Of a stretch of DNA of 38,520 nt, positions 34,755-38,520 are shown piece by piece. Below the pieces are notes generated by a model, which did no database searches, was not told the origin of the DNA, and worked only from the letters and a program-made list of their open reading frames with translations. Where the stretch lies: IMG/VR virus record IMGVR_UViG_3300022923_000035, positions 1-38,520 of that record; one strand, written 5' to 3'. The stretch's first letter is position 1. Every line of letters begins with the position of its first letter. The position numbers were made by a program, and so were the translations under genes. This stretch comes from a virus (lineage: Duplodnaviria; Caudoviricetes).

Positions 34755-37700
34755 TTAGATAGCCAATGCAATTCCTCTCATATCTCTTAATACTGGCGGA
34801 TATGCTGAATTAGTTCCTTTCATTACTATTTTAAGTTGGAATGATGTAAAGTCATGTATATCACTTGCAGAATATTTGTATTCTCTAAATGTTGTATCAT
34901 CTTCAGCAGGAGTAATAGATGCGTCAGGACTTCCGTCTGTGTTAAATGGTGTCCAACTTATATCGTCAAGTTGTCTTTCTTCATCTGGTCCTGAAACTCT
35001 ATAATACATTTCTACTTCAGATGTTGCTCTAATATTTGCAGTTAATCTTATGTCTAATGCCTTAGAGTTATTTTCTAAAATAACTGGTTTAGTGCAGTAC
35101 ACAGCAGCTGATGATGTTCCTGTGTTAGTAATGTCATCAACAAAATCTGGTGTGTTACTTGATGTAGCACTATTTAATCTATTTGAAATTGTAAAGATAC
35201 TCATTCTTTGAGTATCTAATACTGGAGAAAGTTTAGTATTTGTAGTAGTCATTTCTAAAGTTGTAAAGAATGATTTACCACCAACGTTAGCAGCAATTGC
35301 TAGTGCAGTATCTCCAGACTCATTAATTTCACTTGCGACCATTTGAGGTGCTGTAAAGGCAATGTTATCGTTATTAATTACGGCAACTTTATTTGCAGCT
35401 GTTGTTAAAGTAAATTCTGATTCTGAACCGTGTATTGATTTACCTGTAGTTGTTCTTACAAAGTAATCTACATTTGTACCAGGCACTACCATTGTTTGTA
35501 TACCACCTAAGTTAAGTACATCAAACAATCTATTTTGTGTTGCAGTAACAGCTGTGCCACCAATATCACCAGTAGCTGTTGCAGTTCCAGAAGTTGTTAT
35601 ATCGTAACTATCTAATGTAACGTTTGAAATAGATGTATATGTTCCATTAATATCACTATGAGCAATACCGTTATATGTTCCACTTGGAACACCAGCAATT
35701 GTAACTCTATTATTTGTACCATGCATTCCGTGATTTGGATGAAACACTCTAATTACTCCAGAGGCATTTGTTGTTCTTAAAGGATTAGTTTTAAGTGTTC
35801 TTGTTGGTAAAGTATCGTTAGTTAGTGTAACCGTACCTGTAACGTTACTAAATTCTGCTCTTCTTAATTTAAATTTCATATCTTCATTTTGTTCAGCAGA
35901 CCATGTCATACCGTTTTGAGATTTAAACATCACACCAGCATATGGTTGTGATGATATTGTTCTATTTGAGTCTAATGATGTTTCACCTATTCTTGCTACG
36001 TAAGCATTATAATCTTGTGAATTAGCCATTACAACAAAACAATACTCTACATTGTTTTGTATATAAACTGGACTAGAGAATGTAAATTTAGTTGCAGTTG
36101 TACCATCTGTACTTGTATTTACTGAACCAGGATTTAAAGTAACTTCTGAGAATGGTAATATTTTTTGACCAGGATAACCATTTACAACATTTCGTATCTG
36201 TACTGTAACTGGAATACTACTATCTTTTGTTTGAAAGAATAAATCTATTGAAGTTAAGAATACGCCACCCTCATCATCAATTAAAAAAGTTTGAGCAAGT
36301 GGATCGTGGTATGCAATTTGTCTTTCACTTGTTCTTGTAGATGTTCTTGTGATAGATTGATTTTCTGTTACACTTCTCATTTCAACACGAGCTTCTCTAC
36401 TTGATAAAATAGTTTCTCTTACAGTTTCTAATAAACCTCTTGCAATGTATTCAGCATTTGCAGCTGTTTCCACATCCGAGTTTGTTTGACTATTTGTAGA
36501 TGAACTTGTTAATCTGAATAATCTTTGACCTGTTCTCCATCTAGGATTTGCATCCACTTTTGGATCAGGTATAGCAAATGTACCTTCAACTTTACCATTT
36601 GCGTCTGTTATTAAATTACCACCTAATGATCCTCCGTCAGGCGTAACATATGAAGCAATATCTATGTTATCAAAAAATGGATAAACTCTTGTATTTGGCT
36701 TTAATCTTGTTGCAGTAAATGTAATTGTTTTACTTCTAATAAATGGAACAAATGCAACTGAAACAACTCTATCACCAATTGATGTTCTAACTGTTTCTGG
36801 TATTGCAACTGCTCTAATACCTGTTCTTGTTTGTGATACTTGTTGAGCTGTGGTTACTTCTTCTTTTGCCATGACTCTCCATCCATGACCACCTCTTTTC
36901 TTATACGTATCACCAACACGTCTTCTTTCTGTTTCAACAGGTCTTCCTGTCCATGTATCTTGCCATGAATTCCAAACTGTTGACATAGGAAACTCAGATA
37001 ATTGTCCACTATTACCAGTTTGTTTTGTTAAGTTATCCCAACTACCATTAGGATTATTAATAACTAATTCTGGCGCTCTTTCTGTTTCTTTCCATTCATC
37101 ACCTGGAGGTGTTAATTCGATTGCACCTATCCATGTGAATATACCAAATGGATTAACATTGATAGCTTTACTAGCATAAGGTTGATCTATCAAAGTTTGT
37201 TCTATATAAGGTAAAGTTATTAGATCACCTGTTTTAGTATAGTTTGCATTTGCTCTATCTGTTGCAATAATTTCTGTACCATCATCATCTCTTTCAATAA
37301 GTTTTACAGCGTCTTCATGGAATGTAGGTCTCATTTCACCGTTTGCATAATCAATTGAAACTTTATAATCTCTATTACCCACGTCACCAATATTGTGACC
37401 AGTAAAATTATCTACTACAAATCCATTTTTAAATCTATCAAAACCATCAGCATCTTGTATTTGTAAATTTTGTGCAGCTGTTTCTAACAACGAAAGTTGA
37501 GTGTAGTATTCAACAGTATCTATTCTACTTTCGATACGGCCGATATCTCTCATTGTATATCGTTTATTATCTACATGTTCAATACCAACTTCAGATGTAT
37601 CTAAAGTATATGCAGGTAAAAATAATGTGTAGAGATGCATTGCATTATCTAACTCTCCAGGCACTCTTGGAGATGATGAACTTGCACCTTTTAAAACTTT

Positions 37701-38519
37701 AAAGTTACCATCTTTGTCTAAAAATATTTTATCAACTCTTCCTAAATAGTATTCAAAATCTGATCTTACGTCTGAATTAAATTTAATTGGTTGTACTACT
37801 GAAGCACCTGAACCATCAAATGATCTGTCTTGTACACCTGAATCTATTGTTGACGCATCATCAACTCTTGGTCTAAAATCTAAACTATCTCTTAATTCAT
37901 ATCTAACACCTGTTGTTGATGAAGTGTAAGATGGAATATCTTCATAATTAATAACACCTGAATATGAATCAACATCAAAGTAATCACCAGAACTATGAGT
38001 GAAATAATCAAAATCAATTAATAATTGTCCTGTTGGTGTTACTTCACCTGATTTTAATTTAATTCTTCCAATATCATAGAAGTTATCTCTTTGACCGTTA
38101 TCTAAATCAAATCTACTTGTTATGTCTGTATCACTTGAAGTTGCAGCTGTACTGAAATCAGCGGCCATGTAAATGTTATTGATTTTGTAAACATCAGCCT
38201 TTGCTAATCCAATAGTTCCACTTTCAATTGTTGCTTGTGTTGATACAGCAAGTGTTTCATTTGAATTTAATGTTTTACCTTTTGAAGCTCCTACAGTTTT
38301 GTTTATAGTTAATAGTGCTTTAACATCATGTGAAGCGTAGTTAGCACCAAAGTCAATAGTTAATTGTGTTTTAGCAACATTTAAATCAAAGATTACTGTA
38401 CCTTCGTGGTTATTTCCTGTTAAACTTAATACATCACCTACAGCACCAGAACTACCAGAACCTAAACTTGTAATTGAAATAGTAAAATCATTTTCTGATA
38501 AATCAGCAAATGTTTCATC
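34755..38519 (-). CDS. Large virion structural protein, DUF4815/VrlC-like; 5' end outside window
   Basis: LDNGQRDNFYD, RYTMRDIGRIESRI..EYYTQLSLLE, RFKNGFVVDNF, DPLAQTF, FKSQNGMTW; the frame stays open upstream of 38168 (GTIGLAKADVYKINNIY-MAADF). Confidence 0.88.
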   Translation of the reverse strand, partial: DETFADLSENDFTISITSLGSGSSGAVGDVLSLTGNNHEGTVIFDLNVAKTQLTIDFGANYASHDVKALLTINKTVGASKGKTLNSNETLAVSTQATIESGTIGLAKADVYKINNIYMAADFSTAATSSDTDITSRFDLDNGQRDNFYDIGRIKLKSGEVTPTGQLLIDFDYFTHSSGDYFDVDSYSGVINYEDIPSYTSSTTGVRYELRDSLDFRPRVDDASTIDSGVQDRSFDGSGASVVQPIKFNSDVRSDFEYYLGRVDKIFLDKDGNFKVLKGASSSSPRVPGELDNAMHLYTLFLPAYTLDTSEVGIEHVDNKRYTMRDIGRIESRIDTVEYYTQLSLLETAAQNLQIQDADGFDRFKNGFVVDNFTGHNIGDVGNRDYKVSIDYANGEMRPTFHEDAVKLIERDDDGTEIIATDRANANYTKTGDLITLPYIEQTLIDQPYASKAINVNPFGIFTWIGAIELTPPGDEWKETERAPELVINNPNGSWDNLTKQTGNSGQLSEFPMSTVWNSWQDTWTGRPVETERRRVGDTYKKRGGHGWRVMAKEEVTTAQQVSQTRTGIRAVAIPETVRTSIGDRVVSVAFVPFIRSKTITFTATRLKPNTRVYPFFDNIDIASYVTPDGGSLGGNLITDANGKVEGTFAIPDPKVDANPRWRTGQRLFRLTSSSTNSQTNSDVETAANAEYIARGLLETVRETILSSREARVEMRSVTENQSITRTSTRTSERQIAYHDPLAQTFLIDDEGGVFLTSIDLFFQTKDSSIPVTVQIRNVVNGYPGQKILPFSEVTLNPGSVNTSTDGTTATKFTFSSPVYIQNNVEYCFVVMANSQDYNAYVARIGETSLDSNRTISSQPYAGVMFKSQNGMTWSAEQNEDMKFKLRRAEFSNVTGTVTLTNDTLPTRTLKTNPLRTTNASGVIRVFHPNHGMHGTNNRVTIAGVPSGTYNGIAHSDINGTYTSISNVTLDSYDITTSGTATATGDIGGTAVTATQNRLFDVLNLGGIQTMVVPGTNVDYFVRTTTGKSIHGSESEFTLTTAANKVAVINNDNIAFTAPQMVASEINESGDTALAIAANVGGKSFFTTLEMTTTNTKLSPVLDTQRMSIFTISNRLNSATSSNTPDFVDDITNTGTSSAAVYCTKPVILENNSKALDIRLTANIRATSEVEMYYRVSGPDEERQLDDISWTPFNTDGSPDASITPAEDDTTFREYKYSASDIHDFTSFQLKIVMKGTNSAYPPVLRDMRGIALAI

Positions 38520-38520
38520 T

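Overview
AT-rich segment of a T4-like myovirus genome. Gene style and composition resemble marine SAR11/cyanobacterial T4-like phages; the host is an inference. Reading the minus strand from the right: a large DUF4815/VrlC-like virion protein (truncated by the window edge) and two further structural genes. Next is a ~17 kb island of modifying enzymes: epimerases, DegT and class III aminotransferases, carbamoyltransferase, several glycosyltransferases, methyltransferase, radical SAM/SPASM, nitroreductase, 2OG-Fe(II) oxygenases and GNATs. A tail-fibre module follows, with three fibres built from Cys-rich YadA-like cassettes joined by a near-identical 115-bp linker, then an array of small putative tip genes sharing an N-terminal M-x-I-I-S-N-G-T-T peptide plus partner/chaperone genes, and finally a GT9 heptosyltransferase-like gene. 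T4 late promoters (TATAAATA) punctuate the region, several placed to give leaderless mRNAs. Best candidate for an undescribed system: a modular plug-in fibre (cassette-shuffled shafts, peptide-docked interchangeable tips), possibly decorated by the phage's own glycosylation enzymes. No tRNA, rRNA, CRISPR array, recombinase or reverse transcriptase was seen.
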